Origin: Chrysemys picta bellii
Lineage: Eukaryota
Reading direction: 5' to 3'
DNA: 64,000 nucleotides
NCBI RefSeq assembly: GCF_011386835.1
Contig: NC_088795.1
Span: 58,466,001-58,530,000 of the forward strand
Part shown: positions 24,040 to 37,876 of the stretch, piece by piece
Numbering within the stretch: the first letter of the stretch is position 1
How the letters are laid out: every line of letters begins with the position of its first letter
Made by a program: the position numbers and the translations under genes
Notes under the pieces: generated by a model
The model's input: the letters and a program-made list of their open reading frames with translations, nothing else
Databases searched by the model: none
Told to the model about the DNA's origin: nothing

Positions 24040-24340
24040 CAGGGGCGGCTCCAGGCACCAGCGCAGCAAGCGCGTGCCTGGGGCGGCAAGCCACGGGGGG
24101 TGGCCTGCCGGTCGCCGTGAGGGCGGCAGTCAGGCGGCCTTCGGCGGTGTGCCTGCGGGAAGTCCACCAGTCCCACGGTTTCAGTGGCAATTCGGCAGCG
24201 GGTACGCTGAAGCCGCGGGACCGGCAGACCTCCCACAGAAACGCTGCCGAATCCGCATGACCGCAGACCGCCTCAGGAGTGCTGCTGAAGGCCGCCTGAC
24301 TGCCGTGCTCGGGGCGGCAAAAAACATAGAGCCACCCCTG
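24040..24340. mobile_element. Non-autonomous hAT transposon (GC/CpG-rich)
   Basis: TIRs CAGGGGCGGCTC and GAGCCACCCCTG. Flanks share CTACTGG (7 bp; one G probably lost on the left). Related to 30206-30471. Confidence 0.88.
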
Positions 24341-25525
24341 CTACTGGGCAACACCACTGGCATTGCTAGCTACCTCCAAAGAAATGAGGAAAAGATGAAG
24401 CTATGGCCCTTTCCCCATCCTGTACTGGCCAGCAGATCTGGCTGGCTGAAGAAGACAGCCTTAGTTAATAGGCATAACAGTGATCACCTGAAAGCTCCTG
24501 GAGGCATTTGGCCTCTTGTACAGTGCCTCTGAGAAATCCTGCTGCTGTGGTATGGTTCTGCATTGCCCTTGCCTTAGCAAGAAAGCTAGGCCACTAGACT
24601 AGATGCTGGCTTGTTGCTATGAAACAGGACAAAGTGAAAATATATCAACACAAACATCTTTTAAAGAATTTCCATACATGGTATTTAATTGCTTCACCTT
24701 ACAGTGATAGGTACAAACAGGTTGCTGCTTTTTTGCCTTATTATTATTCCTTGACATTATTATGCCCTTGGCCCAGCCTTGGTCCGTATCTTTTAATTTG
24801 CTTTCTTGCTTTGTGCTGTAATAAGGGTTAATTGCTGGGACTGGTTCATCTCAAGCTTCAAGAGAGTTCAGCATTTCGGGTGAGAGTGATGCTGGAAGTG
24901 ACATGGCAGCTAGCTCAGTGCTGCCTGTCCAGAAAGCACTACTATAGGGAATCTTTTGTAATTACGTGGGAAAACAGCAGTTGAATTGAGAATCCAGTCA
25001 GTTGATGGGCATTTAATGTGGAACAGCAGCTACTCTGTCTTTGAACTTTATTATAATAATCCATCACAGTATTTTGTTTGTAATGAGAGCCTGGTAAAAA
25101 GTGCTTTATGCAAATTCTATCCCCTTTTTAAAGACCTCAGATTTCCTGGGTCATTCTTTCTTCCAGACACTTGAATCAAATATTTATACTTCTTAAAATA
25201 TCTTTATATCTCATTTTCAATTGAGAAATACTTCCAGGATATCACCTTAGTCCACCTTTGGACCCTGTGATTGCACTCTCTGCAATGTTTTCAGCATCAG
25301 GACTAAAGGTTTATTGAGTGTGACTGTGTATGTCTGTGCAAATCAAACAACTGGCCAAACATCCTTTACTTGGTCCTGATCACTATAGTATACAGAACTG
25401 CCTTTTCTTTCTCTCTATTTAAAATTATATTTATGGTACTTCTTCATGCTAATACTATTCTCTGTAATAAACACAGCTGTTCAAATGATAAAGTGAAGCA
25501 ATCATAAAGCTATCAAACTATTAAT

Positions 25526-25526
<1 letters not shown>

Positions 25527-25557
<31 letters not shown>
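25527..25557. repeat. (TA)n(CA)n microsatellite
   Basis: Directly visible. Confidence 0.9.
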
Positions 25558-26817
25558 AAAACTTTTCAAAGTTTAAAGTACATAATGAAAGCATATTGGT
25601 TTAGGCAATTTTGAAAGAGATTATATTATAGTGTGTTAATGTTTTCCCCTGTTAAATGCTGCTTCTAATTAAACAAACTCCCTACCTTAGAGAAACAAAT
25701 TGATTTTGTGCTTCAGATACTGTCAGTAAAATCATGGTGATTAGTGAGATTTGCAGTTAATAATTAAGTAATAATGTACAGATGTAACTTTAAGGCAATT
25801 AGTTGTCAAATAATGGCCAATCAGAACAGCCAGGTTTACTGAGAACTTCAACGCACAAACTATTCATTATCTAATTATTTTCTTATTATGACTTAACAAT
25901 TTCATATTATTATGACATCCATTTTAGGTGGAAAATATCTGTGGTCATACTTATCCTAAAAGCAAACAAAGGTGGACAATGTGATATTGTGGATCAATAA
26001 TAATACCAATAATATTACACAAGTTTTGGCACTCAAAGTTCATATCTTTATATGTTGCCAATATATACCACCAAACATATGGGTAAGCTTCTGCTTTCAT
26101 TCCAGAATTTAACTTAGCTATTCTGGATTTTTTCCCCCCTACATGAGCAATACTTTGAAGTCAAAGTGGGAATCTTGCATGTAGTGAAAGCAGAATATAG
26201 AATCAATGAGCAAAAGTTTGCTCTAAATATTTGCCAGATAACCCATATTTCCCAAAGTGGCCCCTGTTTTGGTACTCGGTTTAAAACATCTTGAACTGGC
26301 CTGATTTTCAGCAAGTGCTGAGCATCCACCCTCTGACAATCAGGCACCTAGAAGGTGAGTCAAGTTGGACACCCAAAATTGCAAGTTGCTTTTGAAAATC
26401 TTAACCATGGTCATTTTTAATTTATTGTAATTTGCACTGAACATATATGGCAGAGAGCAATTTATGGCGTATATTATTTCAGGATACATAATGATACATG
26501 CATCAGAGCCTGCTGTAAGGTGTTGAGGTATTGAGTGATTTCACAAGGTTCCATTTTATTTGAGCAGCTGTCGCTCTTTCAGGATTTCCCATAATTCAAA
26601 CTAGTGACTGGGTAAACCACAAACACAAAGCTACCACCCATCCCTCTCCAGACTTCATTGGCTGGTCAATCTTGTTGTCCTTTTCTCTAGAAAATGATAT
26701 CTATCTGCTTTTATTTATTGCTGAAAAGGTTTTAAAATTATTTTATCACCTCTGGGCAGAGAAGGTACCAGTTTTCTTTGATTTTTAAATCATTCTTGCC
26801 AGAGTTTTATCCAGAAT

Positions 26818-26853
<36 letters not shown>

Positions 26854-26859
26854 TCACAC
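26818..26859. repeat. (CT)n(CA)n microsatellite
   Basis: Directly visible. Confidence 0.9.
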
Positions 26860-29658
26860 GTACGTTCTTTTGTCCTTATGATACAAAGTTTGCCAATGGT
26901 GAAACGTCTCACAGTAAAGATACAGCTGAAGGCCAAAGTGTTGCCATCACTTATTGCATCACATGATTTTGATTTGACCTTTAGTCACGTGAACTGCCAC
27001 CCTCATATTCACAGTAAAGAATCTGTGGAGAGGGAAACAGGGCATGTGGATCCGAGGAAAAAAGTTTATGAAAAATACTTTCACAAGTCATCCAACTTGG
27101 TAAAATTAGCTAATTTAGTTTTGTTCGTGCTGAGTTTAAAGAGTTTCTGCCATAGTCCAAGAAACTTTAAAGAAAATATCAGGAAAGGAAGGATTCATCC
27201 TTGCAACTTTTAAACTCAATCCATGATGAGGGATTCAAATGTTATCCCCTTTAAGATTTGAATTCTGTTTGGGCAGCTGGAACATGGCTTCAAGCTTCAA
27301 CATCTTCTGGCACATATTTCATCTGAACCCTACCTCAGATCAACATTATTCACTCTCTGACCACTTCTAAGGGTGCTTTGTTCGGTGGATAAAGAGCTCA
27401 ATTTCTATTGCAGCCTGTTGCTGTTATGCTGTACCTGGATTTAAAACCTTCTATCACAGAAGAATTTGCAATATTGGAACTATGCTAACTAGAATAGCTT
27501 TTTTGTGTTAGTGGAGTTCCAGGAACTGGATCCCACCTATTGCAACTGACTAGTGCAGAATCCACTAGTGGAGAGACCTGGCTTGGACCAGGAAATAGAA
27601 TTTACTGTGTTAACTCAGGAAGCAAAAAGCAAGAAAAGGCGATAGAAGTTAGAATGGTCTTGACTACATTAGAAGTCCCCCTCATTTGGGGACCCTAATA
27701 CAAGATGGTTCTCCTTTATCTTGTTTGCTACCTTTCTATGTTGTAGTGGAGCTGGTACTGTAACTATGTTCCTGAGTCATGCTATGACTTGGACATGACT
27801 GGATTGATGATAAGAGGTATAGTAGCACCTTTTCCAAGTAGTATGTCAGTCTGTATGGAGCAACATTCATATGACTCATTAGGGCTTGTTGCTGTACATA
27901 TTTTCTATCTTTACGTCATCTAGGTCACCTGAGGCACATGTGCTACGTAGCTGGAAAGCAAAGGAACAGTTTTCAAAAAGAATAACAAGACTCATGGTGG
28001 TGCTTTAGGAAGTTCTGGTAAGAGAGGTAACAGAAGGTGTGGGTGACATTGTAGGCAGCGATTAGAATGGGAATGAGAAGCAGTAAATCTGTCACACTAT
28101 CCATTGACTATATTTATGTTGCAGAACCAGTCTTACAACTTTTCCAAGGACATGCCAGAATCACCTAGAGGGAGCCAGTTTGTTGACAAAGCAGTCAGAA
28201 AGTAAATTAAATGCAAGGAGGCATGTTGTGCAGCTGCTTCTGTTTCACAGGCCTAAGACCAGCAAGTCTTGTTGCCCTAAGAAGATACGCTGTGGGGGGA
28301 GAGGGAAGGGAAAATACCATCACATTAATTCTTCAGTTACATTTTTAATATAATTCCTTTCAACTGGGTTTGCATCCTTCAAAGTTCACTTTCCACCAAT
28401 CTTCTAGCAAGTGGATTTACTGGCAGGAAGGTTTGCCAAAGTGCTGAATATTGCAACATATTTGTGGAAAGTTAACTTTGAATTAGAAGTATGAATTTCC
28501 ACTGGGATCCTAATTTTGTAAGAGTTCCATTCATCGAGCCAGGTAATAGAGACATACCCAATGATATTTGTGTCCCATAAAAAACAGCCTATTTATACTG
28601 CAGTACCACCCAAAATGTGCTAAGCACTGTACAAAGAGAAACACAAAGCCTGCCCCAAAACTTTACTCAGAATGCAAAAAAGAAAAAAGGAAACAAACAA
28701 AGAAAAAATACCCAAGCAAGTAGACAGAGGGTGAAGAAATATATGTCCTCATACAAACAAGCAGGATGGTCATGGTGATGATTGGCATATGTAATGCAAG
28801 TTCTTCTTTTTAAAATGTATTTATTTATCAATTTGTTTTAATTTGGATAATAAAATCTCACAATGAACTGCTCATGACCAAGCTACAGACTAAGAATTAT
28901 TCACAAACGGAATTTCATACTACGAATACATTCATGACCATACTTCATATACAGACATATGAAGACAATTCGCAAATTAAAAAAGAAGCAAAAACGTTAT
29001 CAAATAAGTTATTCACTATGAGTTCTGATCCTGATCGAAAGCCAGCTGAACCCAGTGGGTGTCTTCAGTGGATTTGAATCAGGCCCTATTTTTTTTTAAA
29101 TATTCTCTTTTTTATGCTTTTTCAACTAATAGTTACTTAAAAAAAATAAACTAAAGGAAATCAGGGAACCATTTTGTTTTCTGAGGGCTTTGCTCATGGC
29201 CTCTAACAGCATTAATAGTGCCAGCTCCTAATTAGTTTGGTTGTTGTTTGTTTTACAGTTACATATGGGTAGACAGACGGGAGAGACCCAGCTTCAAAGT
29301 TTCTGTTATATTTATTATTTCATAACTTTGTTTTTAGTTAAAAATCTCATCTGCTTCAGTTTTGTTTCTGATTGAAATATACACTTCTCCAGTTAGGTTT
29401 CAAATAACCACCTATAGCTCCACCTGTCAGTGATGCAGGTATCTTTGAATTTGGAAACAACTTATCTCCCTTTCAAATACAAAGATTCTTTAAATCTGTG
29501 ATTCGATACATGACATGCTTTGCAGATAGCTACATCGAGGAGCATTACATTTAGAGGCATCACAAAACTTTACACAAGTAAAGATAGATTACATATTCTA
29601 AAACTGAATACCAGATAGTATATTGAGCTTATAGACATGGCTAATATTTGGCACTTAG

Positions 29659-30038
29659 AGCTTGCCTTCACTCCAGTGCTAGCTCAAGGTATAATTTTAA
29701 TGTTGCCTATAACCTGACTCCTGTCCACCCACCTCTCTAGCTAGAGATAAGTGGTGCTTCAAACACAATCTAGCTGGCCCATGGAGGACCTGGGTCGAAG
29801 CTTCAGTGCTGCTAAGGCTCCAGCAAGTAATGCAGTGGAGATGCAGTTAAAGCTACAGCTCAAATTAGCATAATTCATCAAATGCTAATCCAAACACTCT
29901 GCTAACCCAGTCACTCTGTACTGCTAATCAAATCACTCTGTGTAGGTCCAGTGTTATTCTGTAGTGTGGCTGCTCTCAGTTGAGCTAGGGTATCTTGAGT
30001 GGAATAACTTGAGCTAACAGTTGCAATGAAGACAAGCC
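29659..30038. mobile_element. Old Harbinger-type MITE
   Basis: Left AGCTTGCCTTCACTCCAGTGCTAGCTCAAG and right CTTGAGCTAACAGTTGCAATGAAGACAAGCC are extended imperfect inverted termini. The TSD is not preserved. Confidence 0.55.
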
Positions 30039-30071
30039 TGTAGATAAGGCCTTTCACTTTATAAGCATTTA

Positions 30072-30514
30072 GGGCCAGATTTTTAAAGGTATTTAGGTGC
30101 CTAGAGATGCAGGCATCTAATGAAACTTTCAAAATGCATAGGCACCTAACTTCCACTGAGTTGGACATTTAGGTGCTTTAGAAAATCCTCCTGGATATCT
30201 CTATGCAGGGCCGGCTCCAGGCACCAGCTAACGAAGCAGGTGCTTGGCCGCAGCTGATGAAGCAGGTGCTTGGGGAGGCACATCTGGGTCTTCGGCAGCA
30301 ATTCGGTGGCAAGTCCCTCAGTCCCTTTCGGACCAAAGGACCCGCCACCAAATCACTGCTGAGGAATGAAGCGGCATGGTTGAGCTGCCGCCGAAGTGCC
30401 ACCGATCGTAACTTTTTCTTTTTTCTCCTCCTTCGCCACTTGGGGCCGCAAAAAAGCCTGAGCCAGCCCTGTCTCTATGCAGCTTTAGGTGCCTAAATAT
30501 CTTTAAAACTCTGG
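30072..30514. mobile_element. Palindromic element (GGGCCAGATTTTTAAAGGTATTTAGGTGCCTA... / ...TAGGTGCCTAAATATCTTTAAAACTCTGG) hosting a hAT
   Basis: Long imperfect terminal inverted repeats on both sides of the nested hAT. Confidence 0.6.
30206..30471. mobile_element. Non-autonomous hAT transposon
   Basis: TIRs CAGGGCCGGCTC and GAGCCAGCCCTG. Perfect 8-bp TSD TCTCTATG at 30198-30205 and 30472-30479. Confidence 0.92.
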
Positions 30515-31034
30515 TTCTCAAAGCAGGTCAAACTATTAGTTGCAAAATTTGTTTTTCAAATGTTGACTTTTTTTTTCCTAATTGGAAATTGTCCATGGCT
30601 AAATCACTCTTTTACTCATTTATTAATGTTTCAGTGAATAGTTTTGATGAACATATTTGAGCTATTAATTGTTATTTGCAAGCTGTTTGCAGTCTGTATT
30701 TGGTTGATTATTTGCTATTCAAGCTTTGTGACTAGTTTCTAAATTCAAAAGGTGTGTTTTATTTTCCTGGAATGGATGAGGTAACCTTTATAAATGACTT
30801 CTGCTTTTTTCCAAAATGAATTTTGTTCCCTCACATAATACATTCGGTGTATAGCTTAAATTAATTTCAGTTAGGGGCCTTAAATTAGCTGTTTGTGACA
30901 TTGTAAGAAGGGAACTTCAGTTGTATGCATGTTTGTAAACAATCAAGAACAAAGAGACATGGACAGGCTGATTCAAAACCATTTTTCTCTTCTGGGAAAC
31001 TCTTTGCAAACAGATTTTTAAGTTACATGACCAG

Positions 31035-31205
31035 CACTATTAGTGCTTTATAAACATTAACTAATTGATCTTCACAGCCACCTGTGAAGCAGGTACAGTA
31101 TTCATCCAGTTTGTCATTCACATTTACAGGAGAAAATGTTGAGACAATGATAAGGGAAGGCCACACACTCTGAGAGTTACAGAGCCAGCATGAGAATGTA
31201 GAACA
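31035..31205 (-). mobile_element. MIR-like remnant
   Basis: AGTGCTTTATAAACATTAACTAATTGATCTTCACAGCCACCTGTGAAGCAGG...CATTTACAGGAGAAAA resembles a reversed MIR tail and core. Confidence 0.55.
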
Positions 31206-34137
31206 GAATGTCATGTCCACCCCATGAGGCCATGCCGCCATACTGGAGTGCAGTAAGTATTGTGCAGCTGATGCATGTCTGGTTAATTGTGGTTATATTC
31301 ACAAAAATATTCAACTGGCAGTCTTTTCTTTCTGTTCTTGAAACATTCATTGTCCATGTTTTTGGGCACAGCTCAAGAGAGAAGGATGAGCCTCCACTGT
31401 AAACTGAAGACATTTTGCTTTTTTAAAACAATATTTTATACTAGCATTTCAGTGGATATAAAAATGAGACCGCTAGCCTTTTACAACACACATGGTGAAG
31501 ATTAATCTTTGAATCATAATGTCTAAGTATCAATCATTTCATTGCCAGTGTCTATTTACATATTTCCCACAAAGAAATTAAAATCACAGAACATATTGTT
31601 CCCCAAATAATGATTTGTAAGCGTGGTTTTTGAGAGACTCCACCAGAATCTGCCCCATCACAGGAAAAATATCAACATAGTTCAGCCACATTTGCTTTAT
31701 TTTATGCAATGTCAAGTTGACCTTGAAATCTTCAAGGGACAAAAAGGAAATGGTTACTAAAACACAGAAAGATGGTTTCACTGGCTAGAAAGAACTGTAA
31801 TTTATTTTACATAAATTAAAACACTGGCATTTGGATTTCTTTATTACAAAGTATATTGAACTTGGTACAAAAGCTATGCTATAGTTCAAGATTTTAAATT
31901 TAAAATTTCATTGTAAGAAATCTGGAGGGCATTATTCTGCTCTCATTTACATTGGTGGAAATCCAGAGTAAATCCACTGCAATGAAGATCAAAATATGGC
32001 CTTGTTTCTTTAAGCTACAGTAGGAGGAAAATTATAGCACGTAGCTTGTTTGGTGTGGGTTTTTTGTTTTTTTGGTGCTCAGCAGTGTGTGTCCTTTTAC
32101 TGTATAGGTTTTCCTGCAGGTACTGCTTGTTTATTTTTAGCACTGCTAATGGTGTGCTTACTGACAACACAAACAGCCCTGCCTCCTGAATACGGGGAAT
32201 GACTCACATTCATTAAAATGAATCTGGATACATTTGGCTACTCATATAAAAGAGTTGCATAAGAAGGGGGAATTAGAGGACACGGAATTCATTAATCCAT
32301 GAGGTGGCAGTGATGCCAAGCAGAGACAGGCCTACATTTATCATATGCGTCTTGTCGGCAAAGTGATTGTTCCTTAAAAAGGCCTAGAATTTGTGAACAT
32401 TTAGCTCTTGGACGAGCGCGTTCTACAACTTGGAGAAAAATGGTCTCTAGAAATAGAGCCGATAGAAAAATCTGTTTAAAATCTATGTGCCATCCTGCCT
32501 ATTCTTCATTATATTTTGAATTTTGTTAAGCTTTCAGTTCATGTTGAGTCAGCTGTTTTTCTCATTCAGATCATGGATTTAGCTAGTGTTGTGGTGCAGA
32601 TCAAGAATAGAATACATTATTAGCAGCGGGTGGTGTTTTTTACTGTTGTGGTGAGTCTGTCTGTGGTATGGGTGACACACAGACCTCATCCCCTTTGATT
32701 TAAAATAACTGTGGCCAATACAATAGCTGCCTATACAGACTCTTGGGGAAACAAATGAGATGTGTAAGAAACACAAGGAGAAAGATCTCTGTGAAACTGC
32801 AATGTAATAAATAACAGCACCCAATCCAGTATTCCTTACACATCTCAGAACACCTACTGACTTGAATGGAAGAGTATGCAAGGAATGGAAATTTGGGCCC
32901 ATATTTTGAAACTGGGAGGCCTTCCATAACCGTTTTCCTTCAAGACTTTGTTAGTGTGGAAAAAAGTCACCTTGTTCAAGCACACTTGATCACACTGTTG
33001 GAACAGAATATTTGGTCTGGTTAACGTTGTTGCCAAACACATGATGCACATATTCTATAAAAATGGCTAGTCTGAGTAGACCACTCACATCCTTCAGTAG
33101 CTTTCACAATATGTTCAGTGTTGATTATTTTTAATATGGAAATAATAACAATTTGCATGTAAGTGACACTTGTCATGCAATGATTTCAAAGAATGTTACA
33201 AATATTAATAAAGCCTCACCTCTGAGGCAAGGTAAATAAGTGCTGACAATTTCAAAATGTGGGTGTGTAAGGTTAGACACGGAAATCCATAACAAGATCC
33301 TAAATAATAAGTGGTCTGACTTTCAAAAGTGCTGAGCTCCTGAAGCTTCTACTGCCTGCAATGTTACTCAAAGTCATATAGCAAGTTATGGATAGAGTAG
33401 GAAAAAAAAATACAGGAAAAACCTCACACCTAGATCAAACTTCTTTACATGCACCCATATTATGCAGCATGTGAGTCCTGAAATAAAACAGAGGGAGTAC
33501 ACAAGCCACCTCACAGTCCCACTGGTTTCCTATAAGAATTTACTGAACTAATATAAAATCAGGTGCCAGGGTCACAAACTCATTGTCTTAGGGGACTTCA
33601 GAATTACATGGAAGATATTTCTAAACCAAGATCTGATTACTATTTTGGCAACCCTGGGTGTCTCCCAGTTGCTCTTTGGACCCATATACATTCATGGACA
33701 TATTCATGACTTGATCTTTAGCTTGGTAACTGACACTGGGGGGGGGGAAGTGTAAAAACACACCTCTGTTAAGGGCTGACCATCCCCCTCTGCCTTTCTA
33801 TATTCCAAAGGGACACAGCTGGGGGAAGAGAGCTCTGCATTTGAATGATCCAGAAATGATGGTGATCTTGGTGAAAGGCTCTTGGGTGTGGAACTCACTT
33901 CCACCACAAATCACTCTGAACTCAAGCCTTGCGCCTTTCAAATTGCAGTCTAAGACTCATCTCTGTGGCATGCATTTCACTAAAAGTTAGTGGTCATAAA
34001 AAGGAACTCCTGAACTAAAGCACATAGACCCAAATATCTTTAATTTAGCATTATAAAAGCCTGGGAGAGAAAGGAATCATGGGTCTTTCTCCTGAAAGAT
34101 AATGAGTTCTAGATGTCTGCAGTGATGGGTACCCTGT

Positions 34138-34406
34138 GGCTTGTCAACACGGTGAGGCAATGCGCAGTAGAGTGCACCAATGTGTTGCACAGTAACTGGC
34201 CTGTGTAGACCCTGCTGAAGCAATCTAAAAAAATCTCTGCTGTGCATTAACACAGTCCCATTTCAAACAGCACTACATTAATGTGAATTAGGGAAGCTAT
34301 GGGTGGTGTCAGTAGGATCTACAGGGGCCAATTAGTGTGCAACACATAGGTGCATTTTAGAAATCACACTCCTCTAGTGTGCATGGCTGCGCCATGAAGA
34401 CAAGCC
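34138..34406. mobile_element. Old Harbinger-type MITE
   Basis: Termini GGCTTGTCAACACGG and CCATGAAGACAAGCC, with internal inverted GTGTAGACC / GGATCTACAG motifs. Confidence 0.6.
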
Positions 34407-35549
34407 TATGGTGATAATATGATTCCCCTTTTATTGTGGCTCTCTAGGATGCTTTAACTTGTTAACTCTGTATGGCTTGCCTAGTACCAAATGCAGCTAG
34501 TGGATGGTTTAGTTGCCATTCCCCATACTACCAGTGCCTGACCCCCTGAAAATCAGAATAGAATGTCCAGAGTCTGAGCAAATCACCACTGATTACTGAG
34601 GGGTTAATCTCCAACAGAGTGGAATACCCTCCTCTGCTTTATATCCCACTTAATGTTTTTCCTGGCCCAAGCCACCATGTCAAACCACCGGCCTCCCTCC
34701 AACCTACTGAGAAAGGAAGTCAGAATCACAATAGGATGACTCCAGGTAACAGTCACATAAATTCCACCCAGCCTACTTAATCTTATTGAAAAGGCTGACA
34801 CTAGTTCTGACTGCCAAGTCTATCTCACTGAGATGTATATTTTAGCATCTAGAGAGCTGAAGCAGAGTCTGATCATGTGTCAAGGGCAAGAGCAGATTCT
34901 CTTCCTATTGAAGACAAAAAATATCAAAGCCTAGCTGGGAGTGAGGTTACATCTACGCTATTCTGTATTGAATTTTCTTTTGTACCAAGAGCCGGTCCTG
35001 GGATTTCAACAGTAGCGCCTATGGCAGCAGTTAGGCCTACATCTAGTGTGCCCTTGAGAAGATGCTATGTAGAGCTGTTGGTCTTCAAAGTGCAGCCAGA
35101 GGTGATCACCACAACCTGAGAAAACACTCCCAGACTCTCAGTGATTGAACATGCTGCTACAGTGGTGAACTGCCCCTGTACTCCCTGGAGCTGCAAGAGG
35201 CTTATATCTTCCTAGGGATTAATGCCTTCCCATGCTCCGAGGCAATGCAGGTCTATACTTACCCCTACATAGCATTATGCCACAATCTAGCCCTTGCTTT
35301 GTTCCCAGAGCTCAAGGCCAGCACAACTATGTTTTTATACTGTGTCTAAACCAAAGATTTCTTAGAAATGACATGCAAGTAAACACACCAAGTATCAATT
35401 CTATCCTCTGATTCAGGCCTGAGTGTCCTATAACAGTCACAGGCAAGAGTGGGAAGTGTTTTCTCCCAAAGGCTCTAATGGTAGAGATGTACCTGTCTGT
35501 CTGTGAGAAAGTTGCATCTATAAAAAAAATTATTTTTGTATTTTATAGG

Positions 35550-36649
35550 TGTGATTGTCTGTACCCCTGTGTTTACCTCTGTCACAGGATTATGACAAAT
35601 TTTGTATAAAGTATGCTCTGTGAGGTATCATTTGAAAACTCATAATTTGCTGTTTGTTATTGTCCTGTTAAAATATGTGTGGCACTATTGTATGTAAAGT
35701 TATAAGATTCCTCTGTATGGTAAAACTAAGACATGTTCCAAGTCTGGGGAGCAGCCACAAACCAGTTCCCCAGAGACAAAAGGCAAGCTGACTCCTCAGC
35801 CAGGTGTCAGCAAAATCAAATGGACCATCACCTGGGCAAGTGGCCACTCTTTGACAGGAAAAAGGGTGTGGGTGAAAAATCTACATCTTGACAAAGAAGC
35901 AGGTTTGGGGTTCCCATCCACACACCTTTCTGTCTCCTGAACCTCAACTGGAGCTGCTTCTTAAAGGAGAGAAAGAGCTATAAAAAGGGAAAGCAGTTGC
36001 CCCAAATGGTTTATCCTTTTCTCTCTGCCTATGGTATCCACAACACCTGAAAAACAAAGAAAGCACTTCGAACTGGGGGAGGGATACTGACTGAAAGAAG
36101 TTCAGCCAGTAAGACTGCTGAAACGCGTGGTGAGAGAGATCTTTGCTTTGAATTCACTCTAGGTTAAGTTAGGCATTAGTTGTATTTTACTTTTATTTTT
36201 CTTGTAACCAGTTCTGACTTTTATACCTCATTACTTGTGTTCACTTAAAATCTCTCTTAATAAACTTGTTTAATTGTTTTATCAAATCAGTGTGTTTGAA
36301 CTGAAGTGTTTGGGAAACTCCATTTGGTGTAACAGGATTTGTGCATATAATTTTCTATTAATAAAATGACAGACTTTATTTTAATGAGCTTGTATTGTCC
36401 AGGTGAGAACTGGGCAGTATAAGATGTACATTGCTGTGGAAAGTCTGGGACTGGGAGTTTGCTGGTGTCATTTTGCAGCATAATTCAAGGGTGACAACAT
36501 CATACACTATAAATGGGGGCAATTTACAAGCTGGAGGCTGTGTGTGAGCTGCCCAGCAATGGTAGCTCTTAAGTAAAAGGCACCACAGGTTAGAGAAATG
36601 AGGGGACACAACTATTTGTCAGTCCAGATGGTATCTTGAATATGTTACA
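35550..36649 (+). mobile_element. Solo LTR (~1.1 kb)
   Basis: TGTGA...GTTACA termini, TATAAAAAGGG (~35980) and AATAAA (~36259). Flanks ATAGG/ATAGA. Confidence 0.85.
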
Positions 36650-37203
36650 ATAGAAAAAGGCTTTTTTTGTAAAAGGACAAAAATACATTTTTAAAAAGTG
36701 CTTGGCCAAATACAGCCCTGGTGTAAGAAGCTGCAACTCACTTCACTTTAACAGAGTTATGCCATTTACTCCAGGATTATATTTGATCCATTATATTTTT
36801 CTCGTTTTTGGTCTTTGAGTCTTCTGAGTTTGTCAGATTTTAATGTTTGTGTCTGAGCAGAACGTAAAATTCTGTGCTGAGCTCAAGAAGAACTAAAAAA
36901 AACCCCTACAAATAAAATATGGATGAATTTTATGACCTTTTGAGTGTATGGGACAGTAGAGAGCATTTCTGAACAAAGATTGATATTATTTAGGGAAATA
37001 GTTTAGTGAAATAAAAAAAGATTTAGGTATTTATGAATAATAGTATCTGTAGTCACACTAGCTAGTACAAAATTTCAAAGGCTGTCATTCCTCAAGTTCT
37101 GAGGCATTGTCGGATGCTTCCACCATTCCGATCCCTTCGAACACCAACATATTATGTCTATATATATCAGAAAAGAAAAGGCAGAGGAAACTAGGCAAAC
37201 ATA

Positions 37204-37341
37204 TATCCTTCCTAAGGCACATTCCACCACCATTTGAATCCTGATGAGCTGATAGTTAAATTGACACTTATTTATACTACTGTAGTATGGGAATTCTTTC
37301 ATTAGTAAAAGCAGCAAGGGAAAGGCTGGATCACCAAGAAT
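37204..37341 (-). pseudogene. Old Harbinger (HARBI1-like) transposase C-terminal fragment
   Basis: ILGDPAFPLLLLLMKEF...QFNYQLIRIQMVVECALGRI matches the GDPAYPL..LMKPY..FNY.LS..RMVVECAFGRL motif of Harbinger DDE transposases. Confidence 0.75.
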
Positions 37342-37525
37342 TTCAGTAGGTCCAGAAACACTGTTATTAACTCTAGCATGGGGTGGAGAATAATGTGCCA
37401 TTTTATCCCATGATATGTAAACTGGAGTGCAGCCCTTCTTCAAGGTGTCAATGACAGCAACCAGGACTGGGTTCAATATGACTGTTGCTATTTAAAAAAA
37501 CAACCTCTCAAGAATCCAGGGGCTA

Positions 37526-37592
37526 GTTAGACCCCCTGCAAATGTTGGATTTTAAGCAAGTTAGACCACTTGCAAATGTTGGATTTTAAGCA
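37526..37592. repeat. 34-bp tandem duplication
   Basis: GTTAGACC(CC/AC)(C/T)TGCAAATGTTGGATTTTAAGCA occurs twice. Confidence 0.85.
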
Positions 37593-37876
37593 TTTAAAAA
37601 AATAAAATTTGGCTATTGTGTCAGAATTTTGCTGTGATTTATAATTTATATAAAAAAATTAAGACTATACATATTGTACATATTTTGGCCTTTCTGACAT
37701 TAATTTGGGTCCCCTTTAAGATTGTTTCTCTTTTGCGGAAATTACCCCTTTGCCCCTCTCCCAGCAGCACTGGGCCTGCAGTAGGACTTCGTTTATGGCC
37801 CAGCACCCAGTAACTCAACAACTGGGGCAGAAAGGTGTATTTAGTTGTAGCCTGCTTCTTCAAAATAATGTTGTAT

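Noticed and set aside
23969-24532. 187-aa ORF
   Set aside because: Most of it spans a GC-rich non-autonomous hAT and it has no transposase motifs.
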